Source: an uncultured Spirochaetaceae bacterium
GTDB lineage: Bacteria; Spirochaetota; Spirochaetia; DSM-27196; PWMO01
Length of the DNA stretch: 37,997 bases
NCBI GenBank assembly: GCA_964558285.1
Contig: CAZLDK010000003.1
Span: forward strand, 1 to 37,997
Direction: 5' to 3'
This document shows positions 25,563-33,893 of this stretch, piece by piece (positions within the stretch are counted from its first letter, which is position 1; each line of letters opens with the position of its first letter). Both the position numbers and the translations under genes were made by a program. The notes beneath the pieces are model-generated. The model saw only the letters and a program-made list of their open reading frames with translations, was not told the DNA's origin and did not search any database.

Positions 25563-26290
25563 CTACTTCCGCCGAAGTTTCGCTTTCTCGACTCAAAAAA
25601 TCGCAGCGCTTCGACTACGTCTTCCTCCGTCCAATCGGGCCAGAGCTTTTCGCTGAACATCAGCTCCGAATAGGCGCTGCCCCAAAGAAGGAAGTTGCTC
25701 AAGCGATATTCGCCTCCGGTTCGAACGATCAGGTCCGGATCCGGAAACTCAGGGAGGTCCATAAAGTCCCTTAAGCTGTCCGCCGTCAGGGCTTCCTCGT
25801 CGGTCTGCTCCTTCCAGCGGTTTACGGCCCGGACAATCTCGTCCCGGCCACCGTAATTGATGGCAAGGTTCACGTTTATATTCGAGAAGCGCCGCGTCTC
25901 TTCTTCGACGGCCTCGAGCTCTCTCTGGACCGCCTTGGGAAGATGCTCGACGTCTCCGCTGTAGAGAACGTGGACACCGTGTTCCTCGTAGAAGGGAAAC
26001 TCCTTTCGGAGATTCTTGCTCACCAATCCCATCAGGAACTTGACCTCTTCCGGCGTCCGTTTCCAGTTTTCCGTCGAAAAGGTGTAGAGGGAAAGATGAT
26101 GGATTCCCGCTTCGGCGGCACCTCGGACAACCCGCTTAGCCGCCTTTAGGCCCTCTTCGTGCCCCCGGGCCCGGGGCAATCCTCGCTTCAGAGCCCACCG
26201 TCCGTTGCCGTCCATAATGAACCCGATGTGTTGAGGCGTCGTTGTTTTCTCGGTTGTGCCGATCTTCCCCGGCTCGGTGCTCAGCTTCAT
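25559..26290 (-). CDS. uppS: undecaprenyl (isoprenyl) diphosphate synthase
   Basis: HIGFIMDGNGRWA, and RTGGEYRLSNFLLWGSAYSEL. Confidence 0.95.
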   Translation of the reverse strand: MKLSTEPGKIGTTEKTTTPQHIGFIMDGNGRWALKRGLPRARGHEEGLKAAKRVVRGAAEAGIHHLSLYTFSTENWKRTPEEVKFLMGLVSKNLRKEFPFYEEHGVHVLYSGDVEHLPKAVQRELEAVEEETRRFSNINVNLAINYGGRDEIVRAVNRWKEQTDEEALTADSLRDFMDLPEFPDPDLIVRTGGEYRLSNFLLWGSAYSELMFSEKLWPDWTEEDVVEALRFFESRKRNFGGSR

Positions 26291-26302
26291 CGTCTCTAGA
26301 GT

Positions 26303-26857
26303 TCAGATTTCGAGAATCTCGGTCTCTTTTGCCTCGACGGCCTCGTTGACCTTTTCGACGTACTCGTCGGTCAGCTTCTGTACCTCGTCTGCCGCTCGTT
26401 TTTCGTCGTCTTCGGAGATGTCGCCGGCCTTCTGAGCCTTCTTTAGCTCGTCGTTGGCATCCCGGCGAATGTTTCGTATAGCCACCCGTGCTTGCTCCGC
26501 CGTATTCTTTGCGACCTTGACGTACTCTTTCCGGCGCTCTTCGGTGAGGGGCGGAATGTTAATTCGGATTACCTTGCCGTCGTTGGAAGGGTTGACCGAA
26601 AGCTCCGACTTCTGAATAGCCTTCTCGATCTCGTTGATTATTCCCTTATCCCACGGCTGAATTACCACCAGCCGTGCCTCCGGGACGCTGATCGTCGCCA
26701 CCTGGTTGAGGGGGGTAGGGTTACCGTAGTACTCGACCTTTACCCGTTCAAAGAGGGCCGCCGAGGCGCGGCCCGTGCGAATCGTATTCAACTCTTCTTC
26801 GAGGGCCTGGATCGACTTCTGCATCCGATCTCGCGTGTCCTTTAAGACCGCATCCAT
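26303..26857 (-). CDS. frr: ribosome recycling factor
   Basis: 184 aa. ...ELNTIRTGRASAALFERVKVEYYG..., and the C-terminal helical KK/EE-rich region. Confidence 0.95.
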   Translation of the reverse strand: MDAVLKDTRDRMQKSIQALEEELNTIRTGRASAALFERVKVEYYGNPTPLNQVATISVPEARLVVIQPWDKGIINEIEKAIQKSELSVNPSNDGKVIRINIPPLTEERRKEYVKVAKNTAEQARVAIRNIRRDANDELKKAQKAGDISEDDEKRAADEVQKLTDEYVEKVNEAVEAKETEILEI

Positions 26858-26869
26858 CTTGTGCTCCTT

Positions 26870-27718
26870 TTAGGATAGCTCCTCGCCGACCCGAAGGTAG
26901 AGGAACTCGGCGACGGATACGTCCGTGCCGATCTCTTTTCCGATATCTTTGGCGACGTCCGCGACCGTCCGCTTGTCATCTTTTACGAAAGGCTGCTCGA
27001 GAAGGCAGATTTCCGAGAGGTGCTTCTTTAGCTTTCCCTTGACGATTCCTTCGACGACCTTTTCCGGCTTCCCCATGCTCTCGGCCTGCTTGGTAAAGAT
27101 TTCTTCCTGTTCCTTCAGGTAGGAGGGATCGACCGTCTCCCCCGAGAGGTAGGTCGGGTTAAAGGCGGCGACGTGGAGGGCCACGTCGAAGGCGAAATTC
27201 TTCAGGACCGGGTTCTCCCGGAGCGCCGGATCCCCCACGGAAAGCTTGACGAGTACGCCGATGTTTCCGGTATCGCCGTGGATGTAATCTACGACAGTTT
27301 CGTTCGGACCGATGTCTACCTTCTCGAAGCGGCGAACCGCCATGTTTTCCTTAATCTTGCTGACCGCCTCGGCGATCCGTTGTCCCACCGAATCGTCGTC
27401 GATCGGGGTTCCCTTTTCGAGAAGATCCGCCACCAGCTCTTCGCCCATGGCGACAAAGTCGGCGTTTCGCGCGACAAAGTCGGTCTCGCAGGAAAGCTCG
27501 AGGGCCCCGGCCTTGTCGACGCCGATCTCGGTAAAGATGCGTCCCTCGTTCGTCGCCCGACCGACCCGCTTAGACGCTGCCGCAAGGCCAAGCTCCTTCA
27601 GAATGCGCTCCGCCTTGGCAAAGTCGCCGTCGGCCTCCAGGAGCGCCTTCTTGCAGTCCATCATTCCTGCCCCGGTCTTATCCCGGAGCGATTTAACATC
27701 TGCAGCATTAATTGCCAC
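26870..27718 (-). CDS. tsf: translation elongation factor Ts
   Basis: AADVKSLRDKTGAGMMDCKKALLEADGDFAKA (UBA-like N-terminus). Lies downstream of rpsB. Confidence 0.95.
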   Translation of the reverse strand: MAINAADVKSLRDKTGAGMMDCKKALLEADGDFAKAERILKELGLAAASKRVGRATNEGRIFTEIGVDKAGALELSCETDFVARNADFVAMGEELVADLLEKGTPIDDDSVGQRIAEAVSKIKENMAVRRFEKVDIGPNETVVDYIHGDTGNIGVLVKLSVGDPALRENPVLKNFAFDVALHVAAFNPTYLSGETVDPSYLKEQEEIFTKQAESMGKPEKVVEGIVKGKLKKHLSEICLLEQPFVKDDKRTVADVAKDIGKEIGTDVSVAEFLYLRVGEELS

Positions 27719-27728
27719 CGTTTTCTCC

Positions 27729-28703
27729 TTAGTCTTCGTAAAGCTCGTCGCGGTGGAATCCCGCCTCTTCGGCGACCTTCTCCTCGGGAGTGGTCACTTC
27801 GCCCTCTTCCTTCACCTCGTCCGGGACGTACTCGGAATAGTCCTCGCTCGTAAAGCTTGCCGCTACCGGCTCTTCGTCCGGGGCTGCTTCTGCCGGGGTG
27901 TCTCCGGCAACCGCCGCAACCGGGGCGGTCTCGACTTCGCCCGCCACAGGCGCCGGGGCGTTCGCCTCTTCTTCGGGGGTCTCTTCGTCGTCCTGGAGGC
28001 TCTCGATAACCTCGAGGCCGATCTCGTTGTCCGCTTCGACTACCGCATTCGCGATAATCTGGGCAAAGAGGTTGATCGCTCGAATCGCGTCGTCGTTTCC
28101 GGGAATCGGGTAGTCGATACCTTCCGGATTACAGTTGGTGTCCACGACGGCGATGATGGGGATGTTCATTCTCTTGGCTTCCGCGACGGCGATAGCCTCT
28201 TTCCGGGTATCGATAACGAAGATGATGCCCGGAAGCTCTTTCATCTCTTTGATGCCCCCGAGGCTCTTCTCGAGACGGGCCCGTTCCTTGTTTACCCGGG
28301 CGATTTCCTTCTTGGTGAGGCTTTCGAAGGTGCCGTCGACTTCCATCTTCTCGATCTTCTTGAGTCGAAGAAGCGACTTTTTGATCGTGGTAAAGTTTGT
28401 GAGCATTCCGCCGGGCCATCGGTTGTTCACGTAGTACATGCCGCATTTTTCGGCTTCCCGTTCGATGGCTTGTTGAGCCTGCTTCTTGGTTCCGACGAAC
28501 ATGACTGACTTGTTCTCCAAAACAGTCCTTCGGACGGCGTCGTAGGCTTCTCTGATGCACGTAATGGTTTTTTGCAGATCGATAATGTGAATCCCGTTTC
28601 GCTCGGCGAAGATGTACTTCTTCATCCTGGGATCCCAGCGCTTGGTCTGATGCCCGAAATGGACACCTGACTCGAGCAGGTTCTTCATTGTGACTACTGC
28701 CAC
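27729..28703 (-). CDS. rpsB: 30S ribosomal protein S2 with about 90 aa acidic C-terminal extension
   Basis: [32 protein letters not shown] parallels the E. coli S2 N-terminus. GTG start 5 nt after the SD GAGGAGG. Confidence 0.95.
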   Translation of the reverse strand: MAVVTMKNLLESGVHFGHQTKRWDPRMKKYIFAERNGIHIIDLQKTITCIREAYDAVRRTVLENKSVMFVGTKKQAQQAIEREAEKCGMYYVNNRWPGGMLTNFTTIKKSLLRLKKIEKMEVDGTFESLTKKEIARVNKERARLEKSLGGIKEMKELPGIIFVIDTRKEAIAVAEAKRMNIPIIAVVDTNCNPEGIDYPIPGNDDAIRAINLFAQIIANAVVEADNEIGLEVIESLQDDEETPEEEANAPAPVAGEVETAPVAAVAGDTPAEAAPDEEPVAASFTSEDYSEYVPDEVKEEGEVTTPEEKVAEEAGFHRDELYED

Positions 28704-28794
28704 GGTATCCTCCTCAGATAGACACGTCTCTCCGTGTCTCCCTTCACTCTTTCTCGTCGTTTTGACGGAATCTATGTCCCGGCAGGGACACGCT

Positions 28795-29475
28795 TTAAGG
28801 CCTTAGAATAGAGAATAATGCCTCGAGAGGCAAGCCTACAACGTTGGTGTAGGAACCACGGATGGAAGAAACGAGAGCCGCTCCGGCGTCCTGGAGGCGA
28901 TACCCCCCGGCTACGTCCTTCCACTCCTGGGTCGAAAGATACCATTCGATATCCCGATCGGATAGGCGATGGAAGCGCACCTCGGTGAGGGTGGCCGTAT
29001 CGACGCGGCGGGGAAGGGCGCCGCGCTCCCCCGGCGCCGAACCGGTCCCGTCGACGCCCCACCGTAGCACCGACAGCGCGGTGCACACCGTGTGGCTTCG
29101 GCCGGAGAGCTCTCGAAGGAAGGCCTGCGCCTCCGCCCGGTTGGTGGGTTTCTCGAGAAGCTCCCGTCCGATAAACACCACCGTGTCCGCGGCGACGAGG
29201 AGAGCCCGGGAGCCCTCCCGGTCCGCGATAGCGTCGGCGGTGGATGGGCCCAGCCCGGCTTTGGCCGCCGCGGCCTCTGCCTTCCGGACTGCAAGGTTGG
29301 CCGCGTGTTCCACCGGGTGGGACCGGTCGGTGCGCTCCTCGTCGATGTCTGGAACCACAACGTCGAAATCAGAGACTAGACGCCGGAGCAACTCCCGCCG
29401 TCGAGGGGAGCCGGAGGCAAGGATAGTTCGCCCAACACCGTCGGCTACTATCGCCGGGGCCCGCGACGTGCTCAT
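28795..29475 (-). CDS. maf: Maf-like nucleoside triphosphate pyrophosphatase (septum formation protein Maf)
   Basis: [13 protein letters not shown] motif, and C-terminal [23 protein letters not shown]. Confidence 0.88.
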   Translation of the reverse strand: MSTSRAPAIVADGVGRTILASGSPRRRELLRRLVSDFDVVVPDIDEERTDRSHPVEHAANLAVRKAEAAAAKAGLGPSTADAIADREGSRALLVAADTVVFIGRELLEKPTNRAEAQAFLRELSGRSHTVCTALSVLRWGVDGTGSAPGERGALPRRVDTATLTEVRFHRLSDRDIEWYLSTQEWKDVAGGYRLQDAGAALVSSIRGSYTNVVGLPLEALFSILRP

Positions 29476-29699
29476 GCGGATCGAAAGAGAAGATAGCCTA
29501 GGGCCAGGCCCAGAAACGACCCCGGGTTTATGGAGAGCCAGACCGCCAGGACCGACAGGTCAAAACCGACGGGCCCGATCGTCAACGGAGATTCCAGGCC
29601 GAAGAGCCGCATCAAGAGCTCCCAGAAGAGGGTCCCGACTAGGACTCCGAGAAGGATCAGCTGGAGGAAGACGGGACGGCTTCGGGTGGTAAGTTTCAC
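29472..29699 (-). CDS. small membrane protein, DUF4321-like (75 aa)
   Basis: Two hydrophobic segments (FLQLILLGVLVGTLFWELL and LSVLAVWLSINPGSFLGLALGYLLF). Overlaps the maf start. GTG 29699 is chosen because the longer track ORF runs antisense through the tRNA. An alternative ATG (MRLFG...) has the SD GGGAG. Confidence 0.55.
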   Translation of the reverse strand: MKLTTRSRPVFLQLILLGVLVGTLFWELLMRLFGLESPLTIGPVGFDLSVLAVWLSINPGSFLGLALGYLLFRSA

Positions 29700-29706
29700 C
29701 CCGGGG

Positions 29707-29735
29707 ATTGTAGCCCGGGAGGAGCCACCCTTCAA
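29707..29735 (-). promoter_or_regulatory. candidate sigma70 promoter TTGAAG-17-TACAAT for the DUF4321-like/maf unit
   Basis: Minus-strand -35 TTGAAG (29730-29735), 17 nt spacer, -10 TACAAT (29707-29712), then 7 nt to GTG 29699. Confidence 0.4.
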
Positions 29736-29821
29736 GACCGGGCTTGAGAACCCGCATCCGTACAAACATGCGTATCTTGACGGAAGACACCCGCCTCGAT
29801 AGTCTGTTTTATCACGCTCGT

Positions 29822-29895
<74 letters not shown>

Positions 29896-29992
29896 ATAAA
29901 CCTACATTCCAAGAGGGGTTCCCCTGGCCCGACCTTCCGTTACACTCGAAGTAATCGATTCCGAAGCGCCGTTACCAGCGGACCTGTTGGTG

Positions 29993-30796
29993 ATGCACCA
30001 CGCCTACCTCAACGAAACGGCGGAAGAGCTTCCTGGATCCGACACGGATGTAACCTTTCACCTCAGCTCTCTTCTGCAGGGGGAGTGCACCGCCGTTTTG
30101 TTCGTGAACAAGCAAGGGCAGACGATCGGCTACGCCGTCTATTCCGTTCAGCCACAGTACGTTCACCTCAAGGCCTTTCACATCCGCGATGGGTTCCGGG
30201 GAAAGGGATACGGCCAGCAGGCGATACACCAGCTCCGGCGGGAGCTCTGGCAGAACGTGGCTTCGATTCAGACCGACGTCGCTACATCGCATCGGTCGGA
30301 AATCGGCTTTTGGGAGGAGATGGGATTCCGGGCTCGATCGACCCGCCTCGAGCTCGAAACCGCCAAGAAGTCTTCGACTCGAAAGTCCTGCGGCGCCATC
30401 GTGTACCGTCGCACCCTGGCGGGACCGCGCTACCTACTTCTCGAGCATACCACCGGGGACCACTGGGGATTCCCAAAGGGGCACGGTACCGGTGACGAGA
30501 CCGAGGAGGAGACCGCGATACGAGAAATCTTCGAAGAGACGGGACTAAGCGTTCGCTTTCGACCGGGCTTCTACGAGCGGAGTCATTTTCTGACGCCGAA
30601 ATCCCGGAAGAAGGAGCTTGTCTGCTTTTTGGCTCGGGTGCGCACTCGGAAGGTCCGAATCCAGCCGGAGGAGATTCGGAGGTTTCGCTGGCTCAGCTAC
30701 CCTGACGCGAGGGAGCTGCTCACCTTCGAGAACACCCGGGTGCTTCTCGACAAAGCCCACACCTTTCTCAACGACAAGGGAGCCAAGCCGTTCTAG
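29993..30796 (+). CDS. GNAT acetyltransferase - Nudix hydrolase fusion protein
   Basis: N-terminal GNAT core HIRDGFRGKGYGQQAIHQL...GFWEEMGF. C-terminal Nudix box GHGTGDETEEETAIREIFEETGL. The track ORF begins at TTG 29987, and ATG 29993 is more likely. Confidence 0.8.
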   Translation: MHHAYLNETAEELPGSDTDVTFHLSSLLQGECTAVLFVNKQGQTIGYAVYSVQPQYVHLKAFHIRDGFRGKGYGQQAIHQLRRELWQNVASIQTDVATSHRSEIGFWEEMGFRARSTRLELETAKKSSTRKSCGAIVYRRTLAGPRYLLLEHTTGDHWGFPKGHGTGDETEEETAIREIFEETGLSVRFRPGFYERSHFLTPKSRKKELVCFLARVRTRKVRIQPEEIRRFRWLSYPDARELLTFENTRVLLDKAHTFLNDKGAKPF

Positions 30797-30836
30797 AGCT
30801 TCGGCCGAGACCGGCCGATACTGGTAGATAAGCACT

Positions 30837-31604
30837 ATGGATATAGTTTTGCGCGCCGTTAGTGACGTCGGTCTGGTTCGATCGAACAACGAAGATATCG
30901 CGTTTCTCGGGGACACCCTGGTCCGGAACGGCGTAGCATCCCGACGCCTTTCGGTGGATAGCGGTAGTCCTCTACTGTTTGGAGTCGCCGATGGAGTCGG
31001 GGGGGCCAACGCCGGAGAAGTTGCGAGCCGTAAGGCGGCTATCGGCGTTCTTCGCGGCCTCGAGGCCCTGGGAGCAGACCCCGACGCCGGCGGGGTACCG
31101 AAGCACCTCTCTGCCGTCGCCGAGGCGGTACACGCCGACATAGTCTATTCCGGTTCCGGACGTCGCCTTCATCAGGGAATGGCCACCACCTTGAGCGCTC
31201 TCGTCGTCTACCGGAGGGAGCTGACGATGCTCCACGCCGGCGACAGCCGAGTCTACCGACTGAGAAACGGAGGCTTGCAGCAGATTAGTAGGGACCATAC
31301 TATCCGGGCGATGACCAACAACCCGAATATCCCGGGGAACATCCTCGCCAATTGCTTCGGCATCTCGTCGGACTTCTTCTCCGATGTAGTTTCCCTCGGC
31401 CGGATAGACGACTTCGACGATCTCTACTTGATCTGTAGCGACGGTTTGTCTGATCTTCTAGATCATGATGAGATGGAAGCGATCCTGATGCAGGGAGACG
31501 AACTGTCGACGACCGCCGAAGGGCTGGTAGCCGCGGCGCACGCAGCCGGTGGCAGAGACAACATCACCCTTGTGCTTGCGAAGGTGGCTTCGGATGAGTC
31601 TTGA
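30837..31604 (+). CDS. PP2C-family Ser/Thr protein phosphatase
   Basis: NEDIAF, FGVADGVGGANAGEVAS, CSDGLSDLL and GGRDNITLVL motifs. Confidence 0.9.
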   Translation: MDIVLRAVSDVGLVRSNNEDIAFLGDTLVRNGVASRRLSVDSGSPLLFGVADGVGGANAGEVASRKAAIGVLRGLEALGADPDAGGVPKHLSAVAEAVHADIVYSGSGRRLHQGMATTLSALVVYRRELTMLHAGDSRVYRLRNGGLQQISRDHTIRAMTNNPNIPGNILANCFGISSDFFSDVVSLGRIDDFDDLYLICSDGLSDLLDHDEMEAILMQGDELSTTAEGLVAAAHAAGGRDNITLVLAKVASDES

Positions 31605-32133
31605 ATCCGAACCGCGGGACCGCCTCGAGCTGATCTCTTTCTTCGGCGCTCTCTGCCTCTTCTTTGCGACGATCGAGTATCTCTTTCCGAAGCCGTTTCC
31701 CTTTTTTCGGCTCGGTTTGGCCAATCTACCGGTGCTTCTTGCCCTCGACATCTTTCCCGTCGGGTTCGTTCTGCTCCTGGTGCTCCTCAAGGTGCTGGGG
31801 CAGGGCCTGGTAAACGGCACTCTCGCTTCCTACGTCTTTCTCTTCTCTTTCGGTGGCTCCTTCGCGAGCGCCTTAGTCATGATCGGCGCCCACCGACTCT
31901 TTCGACGGCGGATCAGCCTTGTGGGCATAAGCCTCTTCGGTGCCCTCGCGAGTAACACAGTTCAAATTTACCTGTCGATTCGATTCATCTTCGGGCTCTC
32001 GGCCTGGATTATCGCCCCGCTGTTCCTCGGAATCGGCGCCGCCAGCGGCCTAGCGGTTGGGCTCTTCGCAAACCGGTTCGCCGATCGTTCTCGGTGGTAC
32101 CGGGATATCGCGACTCGTTACTCCGGCGGGTAG
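31594..32133 (+). CDS. Gx transporter family protein (mis-named heptaprenyl diphosphate synthase component I family) - membrane protein
   Basis: About 180 aa, 5-TM pattern, with FATIEYLFPKPFPFFRLGLANLPVLLAL and LKVLGQGLVNGTLAS. ATG 31594 overlaps the PP2C stop by 11 nt. Family call is from memory. Confidence 0.55.
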   Translation: MSLESEPRDRLELISFFGALCLFFATIEYLFPKPFPFFRLGLANLPVLLALDIFPVGFVLLLVLLKVLGQGLVNGTLASYVFLFSFGGSFASALVMIGAHRLFRRRISLVGISLFGALASNTVQIYLSIRFIFGLSAWIIAPLFLGIGAASGLAVGLFANRFADRSRWYRDIATRYSGG

Positions 32134-32135
32134 TC

Positions 32136-32741
32136 ATGCCGGCGGCCAATCGACTCCTTGCCTCCCACCTGAGCACTCGTAACCTCTTTTTGACCGGTCT
32201 GCTGGTTATCCCGGCGTATCTGCTACAGCCGAGCCTCCTGGTCCGGGTGCCGCAGGTCTTGCTCTTCGCCTTTATGGCGGACCGCGCCGGGAAGAAGATA
32301 AAGTGGCTCTATTTCGTCATCATGGTCACCTCGATCACCGTCTTTAACCTACTGACCCCCTTCGGCCGGGTTCTCTTTTCCGTCGGTCCCCTGGAAGTTA
32401 CCTCCGGCGCCCTCCGAGGCGGAGTGATGAAGGGCATGACCGTCGTCGGTCTCGTGTTTATCTCGCTATTCTCCATCCGCTCGGACCTGGCCCTCCCGGG
32501 GCGCCTCGGGGGCCTTATCGGGAGAGTCTTTTACTACTTCGAGAAGATACTCGAGGGGCGTAAGCGGATCGAGCCTCGGCGGCTCATCGCCTCCCTCGAC
32601 GATATTCTGGAGTCGATCTATGGTGAAGCCGACGAAGAGCCGGAGATGGAGCGCTTTACGGAAACGGACCTCCGGGGGTGGCTCTTTTCCGGGCTTCTCG
32701 TTTCGCTGAACTGGCTTCTCCTCATTGTTCCAATGCGGTAG
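32136..32741 (+). CDS. hypothetical polytopic membrane protein (distant CbiQ/EcfT-like impression)
   Basis: 201 aa. Starts 3 nt after the previous stop. Hydrophobic helices, then a charged segment FYYFEKILEGRKRIEPRR. Confidence 0.5.
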   Translation: MPAANRLLASHLSTRNLFLTGLLVIPAYLLQPSLLVRVPQVLLFAFMADRAGKKIKWLYFVIMVTSITVFNLLTPFGRVLFSVGPLEVTSGALRGGVMKGMTVVGLVFISLFSIRSDLALPGRLGGLIGRVFYYFEKILEGRKRIEPRRLIASLDDILESIYGEADEEPEMERFTETDLRGWLFSGLLVSLNWLLLIVPMR

Positions 32742-32773
32742 AGTTTTCGAAAACAGAGCGGGGGATAGCGACA

Positions 32774-33838
32774 ATGGCGGACTACATCATCGGCGGAATT
32801 CAACAGGTCGGAATCGGTGTTCCCGACGTCGACCCGGCGTGGAGCTGGTACCGGAGTCAGTTCGGGGCCGACATCGGCGTCTTTGACGATACCGAAGTTG
32901 CCGGATTGATGACCCGCTACACCGGGGGGATCCCTCAGAGCCGTCGGGCGGCCCTCGCAATGAACCTCTCCGGAGGCGGGGGATTCGAGATCTGGCAGTT
33001 TACATCCCGGACTCCCACGCAGCCCTCGTTTCAACCGGCCCTCGGCGACCTTGGGATTCTCGCGGTAAAGCTGAAGGCAAAGGATATTACCGGAGCCTAC
33101 GAGCGGCTACGGCGGGCCGGCGACGCCCTGGTCGGGAACGTCGTCGACGCCCCGGGCGGCGGCAGCCACTTCTACGTCCGGGACCCACTTCACAACCTCT
33201 TCGAAGTTGTCGAGGGCATCGACTGGTTCGGAAGCGTCCGGAAGAGCATGATGGGGGGAGTCGCCGGGGTTACCATAGGCGTCTCGAGTATCGAGGACGC
33301 GCTTCCCCTCTACCAAGGGGTACTCAAGTACGACCGGATTGTTTTCGACGAGGTAGGAACGTTCTCCGACCTTGCGGAGCTCCCCGGCGGAATCGGACGC
33401 TTTCGCCGGGTTATTCTCGGCACCTCGGAGCCGCCGGAGGGCCCCTTCGGACGTCTATTGGGATCGACCCAGATCGAGCTCCTCGAGCGGATCGGGGGAC
33501 AGCCCGGGCGCCGAATATTTGAGGGGCGTTTTTGGGGCGATCTCGGGTTTATCCACGTCTGCTTCGACATCCAGGGCTTCGAGGAGCTCAAGGAGGCCTG
33601 CGTCGACCGTGGCTTTACCTTGACCGTCGATAGCGGAGCTACCTTCGACATGGGAGAGGCCGGCGGCCGATTCGGCTATATCGAGGATCCAGACGGAACC
33701 CTCGTCGAGCTCGTAGAGACACACAGGATGCCCCTGGTGCCGAAGGTGGGCTTGACCATCGACCTGAAGAAGCGCCCCCGGGGCAAGCCGCTTTCGAAGA
33801 CGCTTCTCAAGTTGATGAAGTTCAAGCGGCGCAAATAG
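32774..33838 (+). CDS. VOC-family (glyoxalase/bleomycin-resistance/dioxygenase fold) protein, tandem modules
   Basis: 354 aa. Repeated VOC-like starts IQQVGIGVPDVDPAWSWY, VAGVTIGVSSIEDALPLY and FIHVCFDIQGFEEL. ATG 32774 preferred. Confidence 0.7.
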   Translation: MADYIIGGIQQVGIGVPDVDPAWSWYRSQFGADIGVFDDTEVAGLMTRYTGGIPQSRRAALAMNLSGGGGFEIWQFTSRTPTQPSFQPALGDLGILAVKLKAKDITGAYERLRRAGDALVGNVVDAPGGGSHFYVRDPLHNLFEVVEGIDWFGSVRKSMMGGVAGVTIGVSSIEDALPLYQGVLKYDRIVFDEVGTFSDLAELPGGIGRFRRVILGTSEPPEGPFGRLLGSTQIELLERIGGQPGRRIFEGRFWGDLGFIHVCFDIQGFEELKEACVDRGFTLTVDSGATFDMGEAGGRFGYIEDPDGTLVELVETHRMPLVPKVGLTIDLKKRPRGKPLSKTLLKLMKFKRRK

Positions 33839-33893
33839 ACCTTCGTTCTACACCCGGCCGCCTACACGGGGGTCCCTCGACGATTCTTCAGCC

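Noticed and set aside
26858-26869. Absence of pyrH between tsf and frr
   Set aside because: This is unusual relative to E. coli and Bacillus. As I recall, rpsB-tsf-frr-uppS-cdsA-protease without pyrH is the normal arrangement in Borrelia and Treponema. I treat it as a taxonomic hint, not a deletion or novelty.
27312-28508. 398 aa plus-strand ORF
   Set aside because: It lies antisense to tsf and rpsB, both unambiguous. The composition is typical of a shadow ORF.
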